Shown in pieces: positions 40,401 through 52,122 of a stretch of DNA of 64,000 nucleotides (its first letter is position 1; each line of letters begins with the position of its first letter). Under the pieces are notes generated by a model that saw only the letters and a program-made list of their open reading frames with translations, searched no databases and was not told where the DNA came from. Made by a program: the position numbers and the translations under genes. This stretch comes from Camelus ferus (taxonomy: Eukaryota). The stretch is taken from positions 53,074,001-53,138,000 of the forward strand of contig NC_045707.1 of NCBI RefSeq assembly GCF_009834535.1, in the 5' to 3' direction.

Positions 40401-43400
40401 GCGCCCAGCCCTAACCCTAACCCAGCGCAGGGCCTTGAGCACTCGAATCCTGAGGTGCACTCCAGGCTGGTGGCTCGAAAGGGCTCGTCCTTCAGTGTAT
40501 TATCCTTGTGTTCTTGTCACACATAAAACCGGATGCTGATATGTTCACGTTTTATGTGAGGCAGTCTCGCCACCACTTACAAAGTGAACAAGGAAAGAAA
40601 CCCCCAGATAAATGGGACGCGTGAGACAGTCATGTTGGTGTGAATGTGGGACTCTGGCTTGTATACTTTAAATTATGTTTACTTTGATTCTCAAAACATT
40701 CGAAAGTGAAATCCTCTTTATTTTGTAGGATTTAATTTTAGCCTTTTTAAATCTAACCCAATGGCCTTTTGGACCAGCGCCCCTCCCTCACAGCCTGAGG
40801 ACAAAGGTACAGAGCTGGCACCGCAGTGAGAGGAGGACTCAGGCTGTTTGGTGGCAGCTGGTCCTCAGCGGGGTGGCTGGCTGGGTGACAATGAAGTCCG
40901 TAACCCTGCAGCCTGCATGTCAGTGCCTGCCTAACCCCGTGACGCTGTTTCTCATGGGCTGGGGTGTCGTGTTTCCCGCGTGGTGCACAGTTGCTTGGAG
41001 GCAGATCCACGTGGTCTTTACCTTTCTCTGTCTTGTACGTCATACGTGTTGTTTCTAACTGTGATTAACGAAGGCTGTGTTTTATCTAACCTTTATCAAC
41101 AGCCACTGGTGTCTGCCAGCACCCAGACGTTTGTTGGCAGCAGCGTGTATCGCACAGGGAATATGTTTCTTTAAGGCTGTCCTTTTGGCTGTGGTTTAGG
41201 ACGATGCTGTGTTTGAAAGCAGCCCCATGATTCACAGCCACCACTGTGCCCTGGCACGTTAGCATGTGTAGCACAGACCGTCCGCAGAGGTCAGTGTCAG
41301 TGCAAGAGGGAGCACTAGGCGGTGGGGTCTGCTGGAGACCTTCGAGAGCAAGGCTGGGGAAATGGAAACTCACCCTTAGTGTCTGATGACATGACACAGC
41401 TGTGTTGCAGGTTGCCAAGCAAGGACAGTGATAAAATGACAACCTTTGATTCTAGGACATTCAGTTTTAAAGTTTACCAATTGTGCAACTGGCCACAGCA
41501 GCTCTTAGCCTAAGGACACAGTCTTTGAAAAATTATGTGAAAAGTGTGGGCTTTTTTCTATTAAAGGGCATATACTTGTGCACAGACTCCGTGGGCCCCA
41601 GGTTTGAGAGCAGATTTACCAACATGCTGCTACAGGACAAAAAGCCCTGTCCTCTTTCAAGTTCGAGGAGGTCATAGTTCCAGAGGACCCTAGAGAGGAG
41701 GACTGTGGGCACGGGGAAACAAGGCCCCGCCAGGTGCCTGATACACAGCGTTGTGCTGTCCTGGCTGCGAGCTGGCGTGAAGTGTTTGTAATGAAGGAGC
41801 AAGAGGCAAGTTCAGCGTTGCAGGACTGTTCTCTCGGTCAGCATCATCCAGTGGAAATACGACCTGTGTATGGAATCAAAACGTTTCTAGTCATGTCAAA
41901 AAATAAAAGGAAACAGGTGAAAAAAGAGAAACAGATGAAATTAATTTTAATGATCTATTCAACTGAACCCATTATGTTCAGAATATTATTTCAACTTCTA
42001 CTCAGGATAAAACCTTAACAATGAGATTTTTTTTTTTTTTGGTGTCAAGTCTTCACAGTCCCACGTGTATCGTTACAATGCAGCACATCCCAGTTGGACT
42101 GGCCGCACTTCAGGTGTGGCTGGGCTGCCATCTGGACCGCACCCTTTGGCACGTAACATGCTTCTTGATTTGCTGACCTTATCAGTTCCTTTAGCCAGAA
42201 GTCAACAGACCAGAGCATATCGTATGAAGAGTTCTTTTTCTCTCCATTTTTTGCCTTTTTGTTGTTTTTGTTATTGTTGGTTTTAATAGGAGTTACCTTA
42301 GTTTCTTACAGGATTATTTACCCAAAAGGTAACAGTTTAATTTAATTGCTTCTATTACCGTGTTTAGAAATATGGAATACTGGATGTAATTCTTGTTTTT
42401 TATTTTTATTTTGTGTGGTTTTGGCAGGGGTAATTTGACTTATTTATTTATTTGTTGATTGACTGATTGGAAGGACTGGGGATTGAACCCAGGACCTCAT
42501 GCACATTAGTCACATACTCTACCCCTGAGCCACTCCCTCCCCCCGTAGATGGAATTCTTACCACCTGCCTTGGCAGTTGTAACCTTTTCTTGTAGGGTCT
42601 CATCAGTGTTGGGCTTTGCATTTGTTTTATATTTATACTAATCTTTGCTTATGATTTAATTTTTCTCAGTTATAAATGTAGGGATATTTTGATAAACCAT
42701 TTAGTTTGCCAAATATGGTTATGGCAGCACTTTTTAAGTACCTTTTTAATTTATAGCCATCAGTACTGTATTTTTCAATGATCAGTAAGTAAAAGTGGGG
42801 CGTTTTTTGATTTTTCAGTAGATTCTGTGTTCACTAAGTGTTTTTGATAGGACATTAAATCAGGCTTCTAATTCATGGTTACTATGAGCTGTGTCCACAT
42901 CAAAGTGTGTGTTTTTATCAGCATGCTGTTTCAACCTAGAGATGAATTCCATGACTTATTTTCAGTTAGAATATTGACATTAATACTTAACACCTTGTCT
43001 TGATCAATTTCTTTGACTTGTCATTTAGCGGAAGAGAAGAAAAAGCCAGAAGACCCTCCCTTGGATGACGATGTCCTCGTGGTGTATGAGCTGACCCCGA
43101 CCCCTGAGCAGAGGGCTCTTGCAAGCAAACTGCAGCTTCCTCCCACTTTCTTCTGCTATAAGAACAGGCCAGACTATGTCAGTGAAGAGGAGGAGGATGG
43201 TAAGTCTTTTGTGCTTTAAAGCATCCTGTTCACACTCCTCTTTGTGAGATTGTCTTAAGCCTGCCTCTTAGAGGCCCCCCTTGCTGTGGCCACAGATGAA
43301 TATTTGTCCCAGGTGCATGTGAGCAGTCAGTGGGTGTCACCACTGAAATGGCTGCATTCTTCATTAGCGTTCCCTGGGTGCCCGTCATGAGCAGGGCAGG

Positions 43401-46400
43401 CGTTTGAGGGGACTGACAGCAGTCCTAGTTTCCCTGAGGTCTTAGGGGCAGAAGTGCCAAGAGGCAGAGATGGGGTCTGACTGCAGGAAGCTCTGGGCCA
43501 CGGCAGGTTCCAGGCAGGGAAGTCACGTCCTCAGAGCAGGTGTGGGGAACAGTGAGGCAGAGGTGTAGAGGGTTGTGGAGATGGAGGTGAGGAGAGGGGC
43601 TGAAATAACAGGGCAGCTCAGACAAGAACAGGAGCACTGGGGGGTGGAATTGGCAAGATTGGTTGCTATTTGGATGTGGGGAGGAGGGGAAAGGATGAAG
43701 TTGAAGATGACTCCTAGATTCCTGGCTAGAAAATCTCCTGAAACTTATGAGAAATTCTTTTATTTAATAAAACCAATTATACTTTAAGATGAAGATTTTG
43801 ACACAGCTGTCAAGAAACTTAATGGAAAACTGTATCTGGATGACTCAGAAAAATGTAGACCGCTAGAAGAAAACCTGCCAGGTATGTGACGTTAAAAAGA
43901 CTAAGTCTGATTTTTTTTAAAACTATTTAAAAGGAATCTCCCAGTGTGGTCACTCTGTAATGACCGGCGTTGGCATGGTGATTTAAAGTATGTAAAACTA
44001 GCATTCTGCTCCCAGGGGTGCTTGTGCTCCGTCGGTGCCTGAGGTCTTGTTATTCTGTCTGCAGTCTGCAGGTGACACTGAGGCCCACTGTTGGGGAGGA
44101 GTTGGACTTCATCTACTTTTATCTTAACCTTACTTTGCTTGCATTGTACGGGGTTTTCAGGTAATGAGAAAGAATGTGTTATTGTTTGGGAAAAGAAACC
44201 AACAGTTGAAGAGAAGGCAAAAGCAGACACCTTAAAACTTCCACCCACATTTTTCTGTGGAGCCTGCAGTGACACTGATGAGGACAATGGAAACGGGGAA
44301 GACTTCCAGTCGGAGCTTCAGAAAGTTCAGGAAGCTCAGGTAGGAGTTCAGTTGTCTTTGTTGGTGCCGTGAACCCACAGGACAGCAGTGATGGGGAACA
44401 GCTAGCGGTGGGTCGAGCCCCCCATTCAGCTCTGGCCAGAGAAGGGGTTGTGTTCTCCACAGAGGACCCGAAAGGCCCACACTGTCACCCCCGTGCATGC
44501 TGGGTATGGGGAGAGGGTGGTGGCATGGACGGTGCAGATGTCCCTTAGAGGGTCTGCCCCTGCACCAAGAACAGGATGGAGGTCGTTTTTCATGCAGGTT
44601 AGTTTATTGTGGAGTGGGCAGGGTGGACAAGAAATAGCGTTTGCAATGTAGTTCCCTTGGCCTGTCTTTGTACTTTGTTTTGTCAACAGTTTCATGATTT
44701 GATTACTTCCTTAGCTCAACTGTAGTAACTTTGATAGCTGTCAACACTTTGTTGTCTTAATTTGTGTTCTACAGACACTAGAAGGCAAGGTCCCTGACTA
44801 GTAACTGTTGACAGCCCCACACTGACGTGGATTCGGTGTCTCCTTGCCCCAGAGGCTTGAGGTGGCTGCGTGTAGTGCACGTGTAGCTGATGTAACGACC
44901 CGGTGGCCTTGTCTGTGGAAGACCTAGCTGAGGTTCTCCACCGGAGGCCATGCTGCCCTGAACCTGCAGTGTGTCTCAGACCGCTTGGCTGCGCCCTGGA
45001 CCCAGTGGGCACACGGGTTGCAGCTCGCCCTCACCATTGGCTCCTCTCGCAGTGCAGTAGTCACAGTAACTCAGAGCAGGGCTCCGCAGGCTGAAACAGT
45101 GCAGTTTAAACACGGCCTCAGTCTTAGGTGCAGAACTTAAAAATAGTTAAGCTTATTTATTTAAAATTTACCTAATTTAAAACTTAAAACTGAAAAATAA
45201 TTTCCACACTGATGTGCAGGCTGAATTGCACATCGTTTATTCCTTTTCCTCCTGTGGCACACAAGGGCTTGGTACCTTTTGTCAGTGTTTTGGGAACCAT
45301 ACTGTTAATAGCTGTTGAGATACCTTATTTGAGTGACTGGTGTATCATCATTCTTATAATTTAAAATCTTTTTGTGAAATATCTTGTAGCACTATCATAA
45401 TGTTCATTAAATTGCAGTCATAGGGGCTGTCCAGAAATACCTTTGGTACAGAAATTAAATATGATAAATCGCTATAAAGGTTGAAAAAAATTGCCACAAT
45501 AAATCGTAATTTTGGAGGAGAGCACCCTTTGATACACAAGATGAAACAATTAAGACCACTAAAGTTAAAATATGAATATGCTTCATAACGGATGTAGGTG
45601 TTCATCCTCTTAGAATGCATCCTTCCTACTTTACTCTCAGTCTGGTTCTTGGACCACGCAGGGTCTTCGGATGGTGCATTCCCTGCATAGCGTGCCCAAG
45701 TGCTTCTGCAGGTGCTGGCTGCGTGCCAGCTTGGAGCTGAGGACTGGGGGCCCAGTGTGAACGGGCAGGAGCGGCTTGATTTGTCTCCAGGAGTCTCACT
45801 CGTGGACTCCCACGTGGAGTATGTGTTAGTTGCTGAATTACGACACTCCCGTCCCCAAGTAATCTCACCTGCACTTTCTGGATAACATTTATTGTGATAC
45901 GATTCATATACCATGCAGTTCACCCATTTTAAAATGTAGAACTCAGTGATTTTTTAGTAGATTCGCTTGTGGTTTTTAGTATATTCACCACAGTCAATTT
46001 TAGAACATTGTTGTCATCTGCAAAAAGAAGCCCTGTAACCTCCAGCAGTCACCCCCTTCCCCATTTACACCGCCTCCTCTCGCTCTGCATAACCGCTGAT
46101 GGCCTTCTTCTGTCTCTGCAGATCTGACATCCCATACAGACAGATCATATGTCGCCCTTTGTGTCTGGCTTCTTTCACTTAGTAAGGTTTTGAGGTATAG
46201 CCACATTGTAGCATATATCTGTATTTCATTCCCTTTATGGCCAAGTAATACTCCATAGTGTGAATGTACCACATTCTGTTTATCCTTCATCTGTTGATGG
46301 CCATTGGGGTTGCTTCCACCTTCTTGGCTGTTAGGAATACTGCTGCTGTGGGAGCCCATGTCACTCGACACAAACGGGGCAGGTGACCTTTTCCCTGTGC

Positions 46401-49400
46401 TTCAGAACATTAGGAAGTAACGACTTGTTTCATTTGTACTGATTTTTTTTTAAATTACATAGGTAAAATTCACTTGTTGTGTTATGTTTTCTGTAAATTC
46501 TTACACAGGCCTGAGTGCTTGTCACCTCCACCACAGGCAGCATTAGACAGTGTCTTTTCTTAGTCAGCATAATGCCTTTGAGATTCATCCTGGTCACCGT
46601 GTGTTGGTGGCCAACCCTTCTGTCACTGGCTGGTACTCCGCTGTGAGGATGTACCACAGTTTATTCGTTATCCTTTGCCCTTTGCAGAACATTGTTTCCA
46701 GTTTAGCTTGTTCTTTTTCTAGTTTCTTAAAGTGGAAGGTTAAATTACTGACTGAAGAGAATTCTTCATTTCTAATACAATTTTTTTATGTCGTTTCTCC
46801 CTAAGAGCTATTTAGGGAACAGGGAAAAACCCACACGGTTGTCACCACCAGGTTGTCCCTCAGGTCCTAAGATTCTTAATCCTCCTGCTTTCATCCACAG
46901 TTCAGAGGCTTCTTAGAGTTGCTTTAAGTCCAGTCCAGCTGTGGGTGTTGGGAGGGCAAGAGTGAGGGTGGGGTGAGAGAGAAAAGCGTGCTTACTCCGC
47001 GTTGTCCAAACCCCCGCGTCCTCAGTTCCTCTGAAAATAAGGTGTATGATCCTCTTTGTCAGTCAGTGTCTCGTGGCATTCTTATTTGTTACTTTCTCTT
47101 TGCAGAAATCCCAGAGTGAGGAAGCAACTAGCAGGGCTGAGAGTGTGTGTGCAGGTGGGAGTGAAGTGACCGTCCCACACGTGTGTGAATCTCAAGAACC
47201 TGATTTTACCACCAGATCCGCTAGTTCGCCACCTATTTCTTCTGGGACTGTTGACAAACCTGTGGATTTATCTACTAGAAAGGAAGATGATGCAGAGTCT
47301 GCAGGCCAAGGTAAAATGTGGTAGATGTTTACAAAAACTTTCTAGGCAGGTGTTACTACATAAAGGACCTGTGATTTTGAGAAGATAGACTTTTACATGT
47401 AGATCAGAAACTCCCTTTCTTAAATTTTGGATGTATAAAGGGACGTGAAATATTTGTAATAATAATCAGAAAATTAGCTGCCTTGCCAACAAAGACAACA
47501 CACATGTATTTTTGTCGTTTGGGTTGCAGTGATTAGGGAGCACCAACCACTGTGACTCTCACGAGTCTGCCTAAGAGTAAACGACAAGGTTGCTTACATG
47601 GAAGTTTCCTTTGTCTGTGTATTTGCATTTGACTGTTGTCGAAATTACATCACCACCCAAGTATATCAAAATTGTTGTAAAGTACATGAAGTAGTTATAG
47701 AAATCTTAAGTAGAGGTGTCAACTTTTTAATGATACTACTTAATTGTCCTTTTCTCTACCCACTTCATTAAATTAAGTATTTATTTACAGTAATTAATAC
47801 CTGATGTTCCCCCCCCCTTTCATTTCACTTGATTTTTGGAGTCTTTATAATTGTAGTGCTTTTTATGTCTACATTGTCTATATTACCTTTTTTTTTTCAG
47901 TAATAGTCCTGAATAAATCACAAAAACTATGTTTATAGGCACTTTAGAGTCTTAACATTCTAGAAGAGGAAGGTGACTTCAGACCTAAAACCTCACATGT
48001 TTTCAGATGAGGGAAGCAGAGTGCAAGACTGAGGTCCTGCAGCTGCACGGGCGCAGGATCAGGACAAGCCCCCAGACGCCTGCTGATGAGATGAAAAGAC
48101 ATTAAGCTCTTACTATTCACAGTAGGGAACACAAGCAGTCTTCATGCAGATGCTTTAGATTATGTAAGGCTATAAAGCAGAAACTGTTCAGCTCTGTGTC
48201 TGACTTAGTGTAGACCTACATCTCACTTTTTAAAAATGCCTTTCGGCATGCTTTTGGTGTACTGCTCGTTGAGAGTAGTGCCTTGCACTTAATACTGAAG
48301 AAGCTCAGAGCTTGGATGTATTTAGTAACTTCAGAGGAATAACCAGGTTATAAATGTTCCACACACACCCCCCCTCAGTAGTATATAAGGTCCTACCGCC
48401 ATTCTCTTTGGGTCCTTGGTAAAGCTTTGATGTTCAACATACATTGGATGAAATATTAAATTGCTCTTTTCCTTTTTGCCAGTGGAAAGCAAAACACTTT
48501 CATTTGGATTTGGAAGTAGTACAGGGCTGTCGTTTGCAGACTTGGCTTCCAGTAATTCTGGGGATTTTGCTTTTGGTTCCAAAGGTAAGATCAAGAGGAG
48601 AGAGTTTAACCATGTGTTACAGAACGGGCTACACCTGGAGGAGCTAGTCCTTTGTCCCCGTGTTGTTACTCCCGTGGACGTTTCTTCCTCCAGCTGTGCC
48701 GGGTCAGGGAAGGGCTTCCCTTGTCGTACTATTCTTGATGTTTATTAATAAAAGAATTTTCTCTTAATTCATGGTAAGTCATGGTGATAGTCCTCCCCAT
48801 CCTGAAATGCAGAACCGTGTCTCCAGTTTTGGAATAACCTTGATTTTGGTACATTGTCCTCTTAATTATACTTTGACTTATATTTCAAGACTTGTGCATT
48901 TTTAAGGAAATGATTCTGCAGTTTTCTGTTTTTCCAGTACCCTTGATTATATCTTTAATGGTTGTGCTGATTTATGTTTGTTGAGCTTTCCCATCTTTTC
49001 CAATGGTTTTTCTATTTTTGGTCCATTTTGGTATCATTTATAGAAGAGAATCTTTTTCCTTGATTGTTTCAAGTTGATTGGCTTATTATATTTTCTCATT
49101 CTTACAATGTCTTTCATATTGTCTGATTATAGCATCACCTAAATTGAACAAGATGCTTGGTTTATAGAGTAAGCTCTAGTTTGTGTTTTTTATTTTCAGA
49201 TTTTGTCATAACTTTCTTTTAAATTACTAGTTTTCTTGTGTGTTGAATGCTTGCTTTACTTGAGTTTGTAGTAACAAGCACAAAAAAGCATTTTGAAACT
49301 GTAAATCCCCTGGAATCATTTTCATGGGGAATTTCACACTTTTGTAAATTTCTTAATAATTTAGAATTTCAGTCTTGCCTTCTTTGATAAGAGCTTGTAG

Positions 49401-52084
49401 GATTTAGTTTTTTTTTTTTTTTAAGATCATCAATTTCACCAGAATTGGTTTTTTTTGTTTGTTTGTTTGTTTTTTACTTCTGGCATTGTGTGGACCTGTT
49501 TGATCTTACACTTAACTGTTTTGGTTGGTTTTAAGCTCAGAGGAGTCTCTCGCACCCATTACGGATTATTTCTGTGGTGATTTCTTTTTCTTCATCTGTT
49601 CATTTTTGTCATTGTTGTTCATTTCCTTAGTTTTATTTTTGTTTTATTTTGTTCCTTTTTTCCTATTTTCTCCAAAGTCTTATTCACACATAGGTCTATC
49701 AGTCATTCCTTGTCTGTTGTGTGGTATTTCATGCGGAATCTAAGGGAACATAAGGAACACCTGTTATCACTGCTGTTTTACTGTATTTCCCTCATAGTTT
49801 GCAGTGTTTTTATTAAACCTGGACACAGGGTGGAAGTGTCCTAGGTCCTGTTACCTAGAACTGTTAATGTGAAGTTGATGTTACTGACATGCATGTCTTT
49901 ATACTTTTACTGTACAAATTCTCCCTCCTGTTCCATCTAGAGCAGTGGTTTTCAACTCTTGGCTTCATATTAGAATTTCCTGGGAGCCTTTTTAGGAAAA
50001 AAAGACACCTGATAATTGGATTGGGCTCTCTAGGCCTGGTGCCGGGCATTCATATTTTACAGAAGCTTTTGGTGTGATTCTAGTATGCACCAGTGTTAAG
50101 AACCATTGCTGCAGAGGAGTTTTGAGATTTTCTGCCGTACCCCCTCCCCCCACCAGGGTATTTGAGTTAATTAAACTTTTCCTGCTTGGGTGTTCCTGAG
50201 CCAGCCATCTCTGAGCCCGCACCTGTGCTTGCTGTTCCCCAGGAGCCCCCATGCAGCCCGAGATTGTGCTCATCTTGTTCCAGGGCGCTCTTTTGCAAGG
50301 TCCTCTTAAGAATTTTTGTCTTTTTTTTCCTTCTTTTCTTTCCTGATTTTTTTCTCCCCATTAAATCTGACTTAGAAGGATACTGTTTTAGTCACTCATT
50401 TTGTTCTTTCTCCAAGATGCTGAGTTGCTTTTTAACTGATTTGTGACATTTTGCTTTCTCCCAGGTTTGTAGCACCAGGTGTAGGGTTCTCTGAGGCAGT
50501 GATTCCTTAGCAGGTGATGAAGAGAGGTTTCTTTCCTTTAAGACCATTGGGGATGGGGTCCTTTCACCCTGACAGCCTCGAATTGCTTGGGGACAGTGGG
50601 GTCGGCACGCTTCTTCCAAGCCTGCCAGGAAGTCTGAGCCCCAGCACTGTTTCCCTGAGGAGGAAGGTGAGGGAGGAAAGTTGTAAACATGTGTTTAGTC
50701 TGCTTTGGCTAGTTTGAAAGCAGCAGATTTGGCCTCTGTGAGGACATTTTTAGGTTTAAAAGTTAGTTTTTTCATGTGACAGATTGTTTTATGAAATAAA
50801 CTACCTTTGGAGCTGAGTTGGGTTTTCAGAGTTCCAGGGGGGTGACTTCTATTAGGAACCTGCCTCACTGCTGAAAGTTCTTGTGTAGTTTAGTGTCACG
50901 AAGCCTGTGTGTCCAGGCATGGACATTTCCAGCTGTTTGGTGTTCCCCCACGTGAGTGTAACTTGCAGAATAATATGATTTGAAACATTTTCACTAAAAG
51001 TATGTCACATCACTGGAAATTGGGTTCTTTGATAAACTAATGGAACGGGGGGCTTAAAAGCATATAAAAGTAGACACCACTGTTTAAATATCCCAATTCA
51101 TTTATCAGATAAAAACTTCCAGTGGGCAAATACTGGGGCAGCCGTGTTCGGAGCGCAGGCAGCCAGTAAGGCCGGCGAGGATGAGGACGGCAGTGACGAA
51201 GAGGTGGTTCCTAATGAAGACGTCCACTTTGAGCCCATAGTGTCGCTTCCCGAGGTAAATGGGGAAACCAAGGCACTTGAAGGGACTCCACGTTGTGGGT
51301 TCACAGCCTGACATGGGCTTACTGTGTTTGCATTTCCTTCAGGATGCTGACCTTTTCAAATGGAAGCTCTTTATTAGAAGTTCAGCCTTTAAGTTTAAAT
51401 TGTTTATTTTGTTAAAGTTTATATATAAATGTTACTTTGTAAATTCTATATGAAATTGTTGGGAAGAACTTAATTTTTTTTTCTTTTTCCTTTGTCTTTT
51501 TTTAAAATCTTTTTCCATTATAGTTTATTACAAGATACTGAATATAGCTTGCTGCACTATACAGTAGGCCCTTGTTTATCTTTTTTTTAACATTTTTTAT
51601 TGATTTATAATCATTTTACAATGTATCAAATTCCAGTGTAGAGCACAATTTTTCAGTTATACATGAACATATATATATTCATTGTCACATTTTTTTCTCC
51701 GTGAGCTACCATAAGATCTTGTATATATTTCCCTGTACTATACAGTATAATCCTGTTTATCTATTCTACAATTTTGAAATCCCAGTCTATCCCTTCCCAC
51801 CCTCTGTCCTGTTTATCTTTTTTATATATAGTAATGTGTATCTGTTAATCCCAGATTTAATTTATCCCTCCCCCCTTCCCCTTTGGTAACCATGTTTGTT
51901 TTCTATGAGTCTGTTTCTGTTTTATAAGTAAGTTCATTTGTATCATTTTCTTAGGTTCCACATATAAGCAATATCATATATTTCTCTTTATGACTTACTT
52001 CACTTAGTATGACAATCTCTAGGTCCATCCATGTTGCTGCAAATGACATTATTTCATTCTTTTTTATGGCTAAGGTGGTGTTCC

Positions 52085-52122
<38 letters not shown>

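Noticed and set aside
40409..40423. Telomere-like CCCTAACCCTAACCC
   Set aside because: Only about 2.5 units; too short to call an interstitial telomeric sequence.
40175..40539. The 1709-aa ORF continues about 120 codons past the exon 20 donor
   Set aside because: The strong donor G|gtaagc at 40174 joins in frame to downstream exons. The read-through peptide has no recognisable motif, so it is most likely chance open frame in the intron.
35410..40539. Stand-alone intronless 1709-aa gene or retrocopy
   Set aside because: It is the giant internal exon of RANBP2, with a proper acceptor at 35394 and in-phase flanking exons.
3194..48584. RGPD (RANBP2-GCC2 fusion) paralogue
   Set aside because: The gene keeps all zinc fingers, RBD4 and the cyclophilin exon and is followed by CCDC138, so it is bona fide RANBP2.
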